Part shown: in pieces, positions 21,420 to 31,465 of the stretch
Layout: each line of letters starts with the position of its first letter
Position numbering within the stretch: position 1 is the stretch's first letter
The notes under the pieces: model-generated
Told to the model about the DNA's origin: nothing
What the model saw: the letters and a program-made list of their open reading frames with translations, nothing else
Database searches by the model: none
Origin: an uncultured virus (IMG/VR IMGVR_UViG_3300010885_043927)
Taxonomy: Duplodnaviria > Heunggongvirae > Uroviricota > Caudoviricetes
DNA: 64,000 nt
Virus record (IMG/VR): IMGVR_UViG_3300010885_043927
Strand: one strand, 5' to 3'
Position numbers and translations under genes: made by a program

Positions 21420-21506
21420 GGAGAGTCGTAGCTTCAATTGTAGATAAAATATCAACCAAAGCTTACGGTAGTAGGTACTACGACCTCGAAAGCCTAAGCT
21501 TTTTTT
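21420..21506 (+). ncRNA. Putative structured leader RNA of the endonuclease gene
   Basis: GTCGTAG/CTACGAC and AAAGCTTA/TAAGCTTT complementary pairs, interleaved. Confidence 0.45.
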
Positions 21507-21509
21507 ATT

Positions 21510-22136
21510 ATGAAAACAGGAATAGTTTACAAATGGACCAATAACCTCAATGGAAAGTGGTATATTGGATCACATAAAGGAACAGCTGGAGACAAGTATA
21601 CCGCTAGCGGTACAGATATTAAGAAAGCATTTAGGGAGCATGGACTCGTTAATTTTGCTAGAGAAATTCTATATGAGGGAATCTATTTTAGGGAAAAGGA
21701 ATCAGAAATATTAACTGAAGTGAAAGCAATGCAGAATCCAGATAGCTATAATAAGAAAAACTTAGCAACAGGATTTGCAATAGGTGAAGAAAATCCTACA
21801 AAAAGAGTAGAAGTACGAGCTAAGATATCAAAAGCACTGAAAGGTAAGACTTGGGAGGAACTATTAGGAGTAAAGGGGGCAGTAGAAAGGAGAGAGAAGC
21901 AGAGTGATTCGCTAAAGGGAACGAAAACAGGAATTAATAATCCTGCAAAAAGATTAGAGGTAAGAGCAGCAATTTCAGCGACACTAAAAGGAAGAAAGCC
22001 ATCTTGGACCGGAAAGCCAAAACCTCCAGAACAATTAGCAAGGCAATTTATTACTAAATACTGTAAAAATTTTTCGGAAACTGAACAGAATAAGATATTT
22101 ACAAAAAAAGTAGAACAGTACAAAAATAAAATTTAA
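21510..22136 (+). mobile_element. Free-standing GIY-YIG homing endonuclease with NUMOD3-like repeats
   Basis: GIVY...WYIGSH; repeated NP.KR.EVRA.IS..LKG. Confidence 0.88.
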
Positions 22137-23851
22137 TGAATACTATACTAGACATATACGGATGGGAAGCTGGAAAAGATTATCCTGAATAGATGAATGA
22201 AATATCTTTAGCCACTATATCAAAAGACTATCTACTTCCACTTGAGACTCCAAAGAAGGCTTATAAGAGAGTATCTGATGCAGTAGCTATGAGATTAGAT
22301 CGTCCGGACCTGGCTGCTAAGTTTTATAAGTATATGTGGAAAGGATGGTTATGTCTAGCCTCTCCAGTACTAGCTAATACAGGTACGGATAGAGGCTTAC
22401 CTATTTCATGTTTTGGTATAGATACACCAGATTCTATAAGAGGTATAGGTTTAACTAACGCTGAGTTAATGAAACTAACCTCAGTTGGTGGTGGGGTAGG
22501 TATTAGTTTATCTAGAATTAGAGGAAGAGGAATTAAAATAGGTAAAGAAGGATTAGGTCAGTCAGAAGGTGTTGTACCTTGGGCTAAGATTTATGATTCT
22601 ACTATTATAGCTACTAATCAAGGAACTGTACGTAGAGGTGCATCATCGGTTAATCTAGATATTAATCACCCAGATATAAAGGAGTTTTTGCAGATTAGGC
22701 GACCTAAAGGAGACCCCAATCGTCAATGTTTAAATTTACACCAATGCGTTGTAGTAGATGATAAATTTATGCTTAAGTTAGAGCATAGAGATCCAGAAGC
22801 TATGGAGTTGTGGATAGAAATTTTAAAAACTAGAATAGAGACAGGTGAGCCTTTCGTAATGTATAAGGATAACGTTAATAAAGTAAATCCTCCTGCTTAT
22901 GTAAAGAATAACCTAGATGTTACTATGACTAACATCTGTACTGAAATTGCTTTACATACCGACGAAGAACATAGCTTTATTTGCTGCTTATCATCTGTTA
23001 ACTTAGCAAAGTATGACGAATGGAAAGATTCTGATTTAATTGAAACTTCTATTTACTTCCTTGATGGAGTATTAGAAGAATTCCTAGCTAAAACTAACGG
23101 TAAAGAATCAATGATTAGAACTCATAGATCAGCTAAGAAAGGACGAGAATTAGGATTAGGAGTCTTAGGATGGCATACATTCTTACAATCTAAAGAAATT
23201 CCTTTCTTATCGATAGCTTCTACCTCTTATACAAATACTATTTTCTCTCAGATAAAATCTCAAGCAGAAGCAGCTTCAAGAAAGTTAGCTAACGAATACG
23301 GAGAGCCTGTTTGGTGTAAAGGTACAGGTATGAGAAACTCGCATCTAATAGCTATCGCACCTACATTATCTAATGCTACAATCTCAGGAGGAGTATCTGC
23401 AGGTATTGAACCTGTAATAGCTAATATTTACACTTTTAATGGACCTAAAGGTACTTTTATCAGACGTAATGATGAATTATCTAAGTACTTAGAGAACAGA
23501 GGGCATAATACTGAAGAGGTATGGGATCAGATTATGAAAGATAGAGGATCTATAGCTAATCTACCTGAAGAGGTTATGCCTGCAGATGATAAAGAAGTTT
23601 TTTTAACCGCAGTAGAAATAAACCAGCTAGGCCTTGTTGAGCAGGCAGCTGTAAGGCAGAGGTATATAGACCAAGCTCAATCACTAAATTTGTTCTTTGA
23701 TCCAACAGATAATCCTAGATTTATTAATTTAGTACATCAAACAGCTTGGAAATTAGGAGTTAAAACGTTATATTATATAAGGACCGATTCGGTTATTAAC
23801 GGTGATATTGGAAGTAGAACTTCTGAAGACTGTTTAAGCTGTGGTGGTTAA
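22136..23851 (+). CDS. nrdA: Ribonucleotide reductase class I alpha subunit, no ATP cone; TAG at 22190
   Basis: PISCF, NICTEI, IAPT, KTLYY and terminal CLSC; in-frame start overlaps the previous stop (TAATG). Confidence 0.95.
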
Positions 23852-23868
23852 ACTTTAAAACTAACAAA

Positions 23869-24315
23869 ATGAGCAAATTTGAGTTATCGGTAAACTACCA
23901 AAAAGGTAGATCAGGAGAAATTAATGTTATAGCAGAAATGACAACAAGAGGCTATGAGATTAAAGACTATACGAACGATTTTGATACTTTCAAGCATAAG
24001 CAGTTGAAAGGATATGATATTGAATATTATAATGCAGTTACCAAGGAATGGGATAGGGCCGATATAAAAACTAATGTGAGAAATGGTTTTACTTTTTTAG
24101 AAGTAGAAAAATCTCCTTCAGGAATGCCAGGATGGTTTTATACCTCCCAGGCTGATAAAATTTTAACTTATGATATTGAAAATAATAAATGCTACGAATA
24201 CTCTCTTAAAGAAATGAGAAATTACGTTCAAGGAAGAGAGCTTAAAAGAGTAGGTAGAAATAAGGATTTATACTGTCTGCCAGTAAAAAGTTCAGTAATT
24301 AGAGAGTTATTCTAA
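23869..24315 (+). CDS. PD-(D/E)XK nuclease-like protein
   Basis: G..GE, GYD, DIKT...FLE...GWF..S.AD pattern. Confidence 0.55.
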   Translation: MSKFELSVNYQKGRSGEINVIAEMTTRGYEIKDYTNDFDTFKHKQLKGYDIEYYNAVTKEWDRADIKTNVRNGFTFLEVEKSPSGMPGWFYTSQADKILTYDIENNKCYEYSLKEMRNYVQGRELKRVGRNKDLYCLPVKSSVIRELF

Positions 24316-24356
24316 TCGGTTACCGGGACTAATCGATCAATAAAATAATACGTCTT
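24315..24356 (+). ncRNA. Putative pseudoknotted leader upstream of queC
   Basis: 8-bp stem ATCGGTTA/TAATCGAT; loop GGGAC can pair with downstream GTCTT. Confidence 0.4.
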
Positions 24357-24376
24357 AATTTTATAAATAAAGTTAT

Positions 24377-25266
24377 ATGTTTAGTACAAAAAAAGCAGTT
24401 TTATCACTCAGCGGAGGGATGGATTCCTCTACTTTATTACTTCATTTATTAGCTAACGGCTATGAAGTTACCGCATTAGGGTTTGATTACGGTCAAAAAC
24501 ACCGTGTTGAATTAGACCGGGCTAAATCTTTAGTAGAATACATTAATACAAATCCTATGAGAATTACTCATACTGACCATGTATTCGGTGGATTTGAAGA
24601 AGCATATCCTATAGTAAAACATCAAATCATTAAATTAGATGGATTACAAAACTTACTACATTCTGCTTTAGTTACAGGAGGTGATGAAGTTCCAAGGACA
24701 TTATGAGCAAGACAACATGAAAGAAACTGTCGTACCTAATCGTAATAAGATTTTCGCTTCTTTAATTCAAGCCGCTGCATTATCTGTAGCAACTAAAGGC
24801 GATAAGCAAGAAGTAGCTATCGCAATGGGTATTCACGCTGGAGATCATGCTATTTACCCTGACTGTCGTCAAGAGTTTCGTGATGCTGATTTTGAGGCAT
24901 TTAAAGTAGGTAATTGGGATTCAATTAGTATACCACTATACTCCGTATCTAGAAGTAAGCAAATTTGAAATTTTAGAAGATGGGTTAGTAGCTTGTGAGA
25001 AATTAGGTTTAAATTTTAATGAGGTATATAAACGTACTAATACATCTTATAAGCCAATTTTTATACAAGATCAACCTACAAGTGAAGGATGGAAGATAGG
25101 TAACTGGTATTCTGATTATAAATCAGCAGCATAAGTAGAACGTATAGAAGCATTTATTCGTTTAGGACGTCCAGATCCGGTGGCATATGCAGATGAAACA
25201 GGACCTGTTAGCTGGGATGTAGCTAGAGCATCAGTAGAGAAAGTACTAGCCGAATATGCGAAGTAA
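24377..25266 (+). CDS. queC: 7-cyano-7-deazaguanine synthase; shifts near 24694 and 24923, TAA at 25132
   Basis: SGGMDS, FDYGQKH, TVVPNRN, YPDCR, ERIEAF. Confidence 0.92.
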
Positions 25267-25270
25267 GTAT

Positions 25271-26056
25271 ATGAGAAGACCTTTAGTATCTCACGAAATT
25301 CCTAAGCAGTTATTCAGTGAGCATGATAAAATTAGTGATTACCCTTATGTATTAGGTCATTTACTTAATAAGGATAAGGAGTATGCAGACTTTTATAAAA
25401 ATAAACTAGCATCATCTTCTTATTCTATTTTAGATAATTCTGCTTTTGAATTAGGTGAGTCTATACCATTAGAAGAATTAGCTGAATTATGTAATGAGTA
25501 TAAACCAACACATTTGGTTTTACCTGATAAGGTTAATGACTATAGAGTTACATTAGATAATGCAAAGGAGTATTTAGCTAAGTATAAAGTTAAAGACCAA
25601 AAGTATATGGGAGTATGCCAAGGAGATACTTTTGACGAAATTTATAGCTGTATGTCCTATTTTCTAAGTGAAGATATAGACATTATAGCTTTACCTTTTG
25701 ACTTAATAGAAAAGTCTGATTATGTTACCGTAAGATTCAGATTTTTACAATGGTGGTATAAGCATAAATTTAAACTGCATGAGGCTATAGCATTAAAAAT
25801 TCATTTACTAGGTACTCTAAACCCAGTTGAATTTGAATTATTTAAAGGGCAGTCCGTAGCTGATTACATCTACTCTATAGATACTAGTTCTCCTATTATT
25901 AACGGATGGGTAGGTAATGAGTTTACAGAACATGGCTTACTAGCACCAAAACCTAGTTTAAAACTTGCAGATAATTTAGATACTAAATTAGAAAAAGAAC
26001 AAATAGAATTAATTTATAAAAACGTAAAAACTTTTAAGAACTATGTCAAGTGGTAA
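25271..26056 (+). CDS. dpdA: TGT-fold guanine transglycosylase-like protein (DpdA family)
   Basis: ILDNSAFE, LVLPD, GVCQG, IHLLG and SIDTS in TGT motif order; sits between queC and queF. Confidence 0.7.
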   Translation: MRRPLVSHEIPKQLFSEHDKISDYPYVLGHLLNKDKEYADFYKNKLASSSYSILDNSAFELGESIPLEELAELCNEYKPTHLVLPDKVNDYRVTLDNAKEYLAKYKVKDQKYMGVCQGDTFDEIYSCMSYFLSEDIDIIALPFDLIEKSDYVTVRFRFLQWWYKHKFKLHEAIALKIHLLGTLNPVEFELFKGQSVADYIYSIDTSSPIINGWVGNEFTEHGLLAPKPSLKLADNLDTKLEKEQIELIYKNVKTFKNYVKW

Positions 26057-26963
26057 TATGAATGAATTTGCTAGTAAGTCTCTAGGTTCAGAGAACTCCT
26101 ATGCAATTTATACTGATAAATTCGATGCATCATTATTAAATCCAATGCCAAGGGCAGCAGCCAGAGGTGATTGGGGTATTACCGGAAATGAGTTTGTAGG
26201 TTATGATGTTTGGCATTGTCATGAAGCTACGTTTTTGTTAAATAATGGCTTACCAGTAGCAGGAACGTTAAAAATTATTTGTCCGGCTAATTCAGAATTT
26301 ATGGTTGAATCAAAAAGCTTTAAATTATATTTAAATTCTTTTGATATGTGTAAGATGGGCTCTACTTTTGAAGAAGCTATAGAGAATTATGAGAATCAAG
26401 TCATACTAGATATAAGCAAATGTATTGGTGCAGACGTCGAGGTGAAGTTTTTTAGTTCTGGAGAAGATAAAATATATGAAAGAGACCCAGGTGAAGGATA
26501 TCGAGATTTATATAAGTCGGTTAGTCTAGCTGAATTACAGAATTTAGTAATAACAGATTATAACTCTCAAGAATCGTATAATATTATTATTGACGATGAT
26601 CCGCTAGGAGAGGTTAACAAATCTTTTACTAATGTTCTTCGTTCTAGATGTAGACATACAAAGCAAAAAGATACAGGTGCTGCTTATTTTAAAATTATAA
26701 CTAAAAGAGGTTCGGTATACGGTAAGGAATTATTAAAATTAGTTATATCTTTAAGAGAAGTAAATGAATTCCATGAATTCTGCTGTGAAAAGTTATACTT
26801 GGAAATAATGAAAAACCCTTTAGTCCATGAATGTTCAGTTATGTTATTATACGCTAGACGTGGTTCATTAGATATTAATCCAGTCAGGGCATCATCTACT
26901 ATGTTAATCTCTTATGCATTAAAAAATGTTGGATTTTATACTAAAAAAGCACAAGGACAATAG
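26043..26963 (+). CDS. queF: PreQ0 reductase, bimodular type
   Basis: VESKSFKLYLNSF, SRCRHTKQKD, FHEFCCE, YARRGSLDINP. Confidence 0.92.
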   Translation: MSSGNMNEFASKSLGSENSYAIYTDKFDASLLNPMPRAAARGDWGITGNEFVGYDVWHCHEATFLLNNGLPVAGTLKIICPANSEFMVESKSFKLYLNSFDMCKMGSTFEEAIENYENQVILDISKCIGADVEVKFFSSGEDKIYERDPGEGYRDLYKSVSLAELQNLVITDYNSQESYNIIIDDDPLGEVNKSFTNVLRSRCRHTKQKDTGAAYFKIITKRGSVYGKELLKLVISLREVNEFHEFCCEKLYLEIMKNPLVHECSVMLLYARRGSLDINPVRASSTMLISYALKNVGFYTKKAQGQ

Positions 26964-26964
26964 A

Positions 26965-27558
26965 ATGAAAGTTTCTAAATGGGCAGTATTTGTATCACAA
27001 ACAGGTTCGGAAGTAGTAGAAGTATGCAATGCATTAAATATAACTCCTGGATATTTGTTAACTAATAACTTTAATAAATTATCTGCTAATTCCTTAAAAT
27101 TTTTCAAGAAAAATAATGTAGAAATAGTTAAACTGCCTTTTAGGCCTACAGAAGAGAGTTATCATAGTGAAATTTTAAATAATTGTAATTTAATAACGTT
27201 ACACGGATATCTCAGAATTTTACCTGCATCTTTTATCAAGAACTTTAAAGGAAGTATCTACAACGGCCATCCTGGTTTAATTAGTTCATATCCGGAATTA
27301 AAAGGTAAAGACCCACAAATTAAGGCATGGTAAGGTAAGTATAGAGAGGTCGGTTCGGTAGTTCATAAAGTAACAGAAGGAGTAGATGAGGGGGATATAG
27401 TAATGCAATGCAGTACTAGTAATATAGCTAGATCCTTAGATAGTATGTATGATATTCTAAAAAGTACATCATTTACTTGTTGGATTACTTTTTTACTTAA
27501 ATCAAAATTACTACCTTTAGGAAAAGAGACCGTAGAAAATTTAGAATTCGAAGTATGA
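26965..27558 (+). CDS. PurN-like formyltransferase (DpdN-like); TAA at 27331
   Basis: SQTGS, LHGYLRIL, NGHPGLI..YP; after the stop, GSVVHKVTEGVDEG. Confidence 0.85.
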
Positions 27559-28063
27559 AAATCTTATTAGGAAGTCATGGTGTAGGTAAGAGTACGTTGT
27601 TAAAAGCTGTTAGTGAAAAATTTGCTAACTATTATGTAACAGACGGGTTTTCTAGACCTGTATTTAAGATAGCTAAGCAGTTAGACTTCTCTGATTACGA
27701 AAAGCAATTAGTAATCAATGAGTTATCGACTTGGGCTTATAAAATTACCTTTCCCATAAGTACGTGATCTCGACTAGAAGTATTGTAGACTGTATTTTGT
27801 ATACCCAAATTATTAATCCTACGATGGATACATCGGAGATGGTTAAGTTGTTTGACCAAACACAGGAACAGGTAGAACATTTTTTTTATATTCCTATTGA
27901 ATTCGGATTTGTTTACGACCCGGATAGACTTAACGAGGAGTTACAAAATAAAGTAGACGCTGTTATAGTAAGCTTTATGGAAAAACATATACCGACTGAA
28001 AAAATTATTAAAGTAACAGGGTCAGTTGAGGAGAGATTAGATATAATAAGTAAATACCTTTAA
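27555..28063 (+). CDS. P-loop nucleotide kinase-like protein; 1-nt deletion near 27741
   Basis: GSHGVGKST, RSIVDCILY, TGSVEERL. Confidence 0.75.
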
Positions 28064-28072
28064 TTTAAAATT

Positions 28073-28537
28073 ATGGCAAAGTTTATTTCAACAAAGCTGT
28101 TTGACGGATACAGTACTATTTTCCGTCAGTGGAGAGCCGAAGGCACTCATTGTAAATTTATACATGGATATGGTATATCTTTTCGTTTATGGTTTGAAGG
28201 AGATTTAGATGAGCGAAATTGGGTATGGGATTTTGGCGGCATGAAAAGAGCTAAAGGTACTATAGATGGTAAGAATCCTAAAGAGTGGATGGACTATATG
28301 TTTGACCATACTTGTTTAGTAGCAGAAGACGATCCAGGTATAAATGGGTACAAAACTATGGACGGTCTAGGAGTAATACAGTTAAGACTACTCCCGGATG
28401 TAGGTGCAGAGAAATTCGCTGAGTTTATTTATAGCAAGGTTAATCCTTTTGTTATAGAAGAGACCTCAGGAAGAGTCCAAGTTACAAAAGTAGAATTCTT
28501 TGAAAACGATAGAAATTCAGCAATATACATTCCTTAA
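28073..28537 (+). CDS. queD: 6-carboxytetrahydropterin synthase
   Basis: HCKFIHGY, WVWDFG, FDHT, GAE. Confidence 0.9.
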   Translation: MAKFISTKLFDGYSTIFRQWRAEGTHCKFIHGYGISFRLWFEGDLDERNWVWDFGGMKRAKGTIDGKNPKEWMDYMFDHTCLVAEDDPGINGYKTMDGLGVIQLRLLPDVGAEKFAEFIYSKVNPFVIEETSGRVQVTKVEFFENDRNSAIYIP

Positions 28538-28541
28538 TTCG

Positions 28542-28730
28542 ATGAAAAAATTACCTTTCCTAGCTTATGTTATTTTAATTCTTGCCTCAACATTTATTCC
28601 TTATGTTATTATTTCCTTTATAAATTGGGATTTAAATATAGCTAATTGGTCTATTTGGTGGAGAGTTCTTTTAGCTATTTGGGCTTTAGCCATTACCAAC
28701 TCAGTCTACAAAAAAATTAACAACGAATAA
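28542..28730 (+). CDS. Small two-TM membrane protein
   Basis: MKKLPFLAYVILIL...; two hydrophobic segments. Confidence 0.6.
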   Translation: MKKLPFLAYVILILASTFIPYVIISFINWDLNIANWSIWWRVLLAIWALAITNSVYKKINNE

Positions 28731-28731
28731 T

Positions 28732-29586
28732 ATGTCTACTATAGATCCTAACAAATTATTAATAAGTTCTGACTTCTACTCAGTACAGGGCGAAGGAAAA
28801 TCTACAGGAGTACCTTCTTACTTTATCCGTTTAGGTTTGTGTAACTTGACTTGTGGTATGTCTACTAGATTTTTAAAGAACTTAATTAACGGCAAAGAAC
28901 TTGCCGATGGTGAAATCTTTAAAGGAGATTTAGAATTAGAAGGTAAAGCAACATGGACTTGTGATAGTACTTCACAATGGGCATGGAGAGGGGAAAATAA
29001 AGACTTCCAATACTTAATAGATACTTGGAAAGAGCAAGGTATCTACGATGATATTTTAAATGGAACTATCCATTTAATTTGGACAGGTGGAGAACCCGCA
29101 ATGAAAAAACATCAAGAAGCTATTATAAACTTTATTGACTACTGGGCAAAGTACGAATCCTATAGTAATGGTTTATTAAAAGTAGATTTTCTTGTTTATA
29201 ATGAAATTGAAACTAACGGTACTGTAGAATTTTCACCGGATATGTTCGTACGGCTAACTCAAATTAATTGCTCTCCTAAATTAGAGAACTCAGGTATGAC
29301 TGTAAAGCAGCGTATTAAGCCAGAAGTTATAGAGCAGATAATGAAGCATCAAAACTATCAATTTAAGTTTGTTATCTCTAATGAAGAAGATGTTAAAGAA
29401 GTATTCCGCGATTTCGTTGAGCCATTTAACATTCCTTTAAAGAATGTAGTTTGTATGCCAGGTCTAGACAGTCAGGATGATTTTCATGAGCGTACTCAAT
29501 TTGTATTGGAAATGGCTAAGAAATATAAATTTACAGGCTTGACTCGTTTGCACATTTCAGCTTGGGATCGCATACTTAATGTATAA
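28732..29586 (+). CDS. queE: 7-carboxy-7-deazaguanine synthase (radical SAM)
   Basis: FYSVQGEG, CNLTC...CDS, TGGEP, IETNGT, SPKL, RLH. Confidence 0.92.
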   Translation: MSTIDPNKLLISSDFYSVQGEGKSTGVPSYFIRLGLCNLTCGMSTRFLKNLINGKELADGEIFKGDLELEGKATWTCDSTSQWAWRGENKDFQYLIDTWKEQGIYDDILNGTIHLIWTGGEPAMKKHQEAIINFIDYWAKYESYSNGLLKVDFLVYNEIETNGTVEFSPDMFVRLTQINCSPKLENSGMTVKQRIKPEVIEQIMKHQNYQFKFVISNEEDVKEVFRDFVEPFNIPLKNVVCMPGLDSQDDFHERTQFVLEMAKKYKFTGLTRLHISAWDRILNV

Positions 29587-30008
29587 TGGAAACACCAGAT
29601 AAAATTCACCTGTCATGGTCGGGAGTAGAGGAGTACATATATGCTATCGAAAAATGGGTATTGTTAAATAAAAATTTGAAGTATGTTACAGGTCCTGCTA
29701 GAGGTGGATTAATACCGGCAGTACTCCTATAACATAAGCTTGGTATAGAATTTTTATCTGTAGAAGATGCTATAATGTTAAAGGAAGACATTAGGGCTAA
29801 GACATTGCTTATTGATGACATATGCGATTCTGGTCAAACTTTTGTAGATTTTCATTACTGTGGATTTACTACTGCAAGCCTACTTTGGAGAACTAATTCT
29901 AAATATATTCCAGAATATTATGCAGAGTCAATTGATTCTAATGCATGGATAGTTTTCCCTTGGGAAAATAAAGATTCAGAAACTATACAAGATTATTTAA
30001 AAAAGTAA
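29586..30008 (+). CDS. Purine-type phosphoribosyltransferase; TAA at 29730
   Basis: ARGGLIPAV, LLIDDICDSGQT PRPP loop, WIVFPWE. Confidence 0.88.
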
Positions 30009-30029
30009 TAACTTTACTTTCGGTTATGT

Positions 30030-30060
30030 AGTGTCGTAGCACCACTTAAAAACAAACACA
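30030..30060 (+). ncRNA. PreQ1-I riboswitch-like aptamer
   Basis: AGTG-TCGTAGCAC-CACT-TAAAAACAAACACA, ending 1 nt before the folE ATG. Confidence 0.55.
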
Positions 30061-30061
30061 A

Positions 30062-30772
30062 ATGTCAAAAAAATTTATTGAAGGAACTGAACTAGTTCAA
30101 GCAGGATTCGCTAATGGTATATCAACGCAATTGGCAGCCAAACAAGCAATTAACGGCCCTGAAGCTCGTTTAACTGATTTAGATAAGCAAATAATTATCG
30201 AAGATGCTGCTGAAGCGTTCGGTTGGTTCTTATCTGCTTTAGGATGTGATTGGGAAAACGATCCAAACTCATCCGAAACTCCTCATCGAGTAGCTAAAGC
30301 CTACGTTAATCATTTATGGGCTGGTCGTTATGAACCTTTAGATAAAGTTACTGCATTCCCTAGCGATGGATATACAGGAATCGTTTTTGAGGGCGGTATT
30401 CCACTGGTTTCTATGTGTAGTCATCATCACGGCTTAATAAAAGGTAAAGTACATATAGCATATATTGCTTCTGAAAACGGTAGGGTAGTAGGCTTATCAA
30501 AGCTTAATAGAATCGTTGAGAACTTTGGGAGACGAGGCGCTATCCAAGAGCAGTTAACAGTAGCTATTCACAATGCAGTAAATAAAATCTGCGAAGGGAA
30601 TCAAGGTGTAGCCGTTTTGATCGAAGCGACTCATGCATGTGTTTCCTGCAGGGGTGTCAAACATCACGGAGCATCCATGAAAACAGCAAAACTATCAGGA
30701 TGCTTCTTAGATGAAGATTCAGCAAGAGCAGAATTCTATGAGTTTACGAGAAGTTATAAAATTTCTGAGTAG
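30062..30772 (+). CDS. folE: GTP cyclohydrolase I
   Basis: ETPHRVAK, SMCSHH, GLSKLNR, IQEQLT, HACVSCRG. Confidence 0.96.
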   Translation: MSKKFIEGTELVQAGFANGISTQLAAKQAINGPEARLTDLDKQIIIEDAAEAFGWFLSALGCDWENDPNSSETPHRVAKAYVNHLWAGRYEPLDKVTAFPSDGYTGIVFEGGIPLVSMCSHHHGLIKGKVHIAYIASENGRVVGLSKLNRIVENFGRRGAIQEQLTVAIHNAVNKICEGNQGVAVLIEATHACVSCRGVKHHGASMKTAKLSGCFLDEDSARAEFYEFTRSYKISE

Positions 30773-30816
30773 GTTTTCGTTTTGTGTGTTAACACCACTA
30801 TTTATATAGAAAGAAA

Positions 30817-31461
30817 GTGATGGTAACATGCAATATATGTAAAGTTAAATTTAAGAAAGTTACTAATACTCATTTAAGGGATAAACACGGGTTAGAGTTG
30901 GCTGAATATTTAAGGCTGTTTCCAAACGCAAAAATGACTTCTAGAGAAACAGTAGAAGCAATTTCAAAATTTAGCAAAGGTAAATCCTATATCGAAAGGT
31001 ATGGAGAAGAGAAAGCAATAAAGTTAATTGAAACTAGAAAACTTACCGCGTATAAACAGTTCGAAAATGTAGAACAGAGAGTACTAAGGAGATCGAAAAT
31101 TTGGAAAGGTTATAAAGACATATCAGGTGATATGTGGCGAGTTATTCAAAACGGAGCTAAAAGTAGGAATTTAGAATTTTCAGTTAAAATAGAAGAGATC
31201 TGGGAATTATTTGAAAAACAAAGAGGAATATGTGCATTGTCAGGTTTCGATATAGTTTTGGACGTATCTTTAGGTAGTTTAAATAAAAACGGATATCAAA
31301 AAAATACGGCGTCTTTAGATAGGATAGACAGTACTAAAGGTTACATTACTGGTAACGTACAATGGGTTCATAAGGATATTAATAAATTAAAGTCTAATTG
31401 GACTGAAGAGTATTTCTTAGAAATGTGTTCATCTGTTGCGCTTTATAAAACTAAAAATTAA
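30817..31461 (+). mobile_element. HNH-type homing endonuclease
   Basis: N-terminal CxxC/H finger; CALSG and SLDRIDS.KGY..GNVQWV...N..K. Confidence 0.8.
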
Positions 31462-31465
31462 GCAA

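Noticed and set aside
21377..22192. Group I intron carrying the GIY-YIG gene within nrd
   Set aside because: nrdB ends intact and nrdA starts at the endonuclease stop, so the gene is free-standing.
24377..30772. Auxiliary queuosine-tRNA, folate or purine biosynthesis genes
   Set aside because: No queA/queG or other pur/fol genes in the window, and the TGT-fold protein lacks the zinc-binding motif of tRNA TGTs. DNA modification fits better, though it is not demonstrated.
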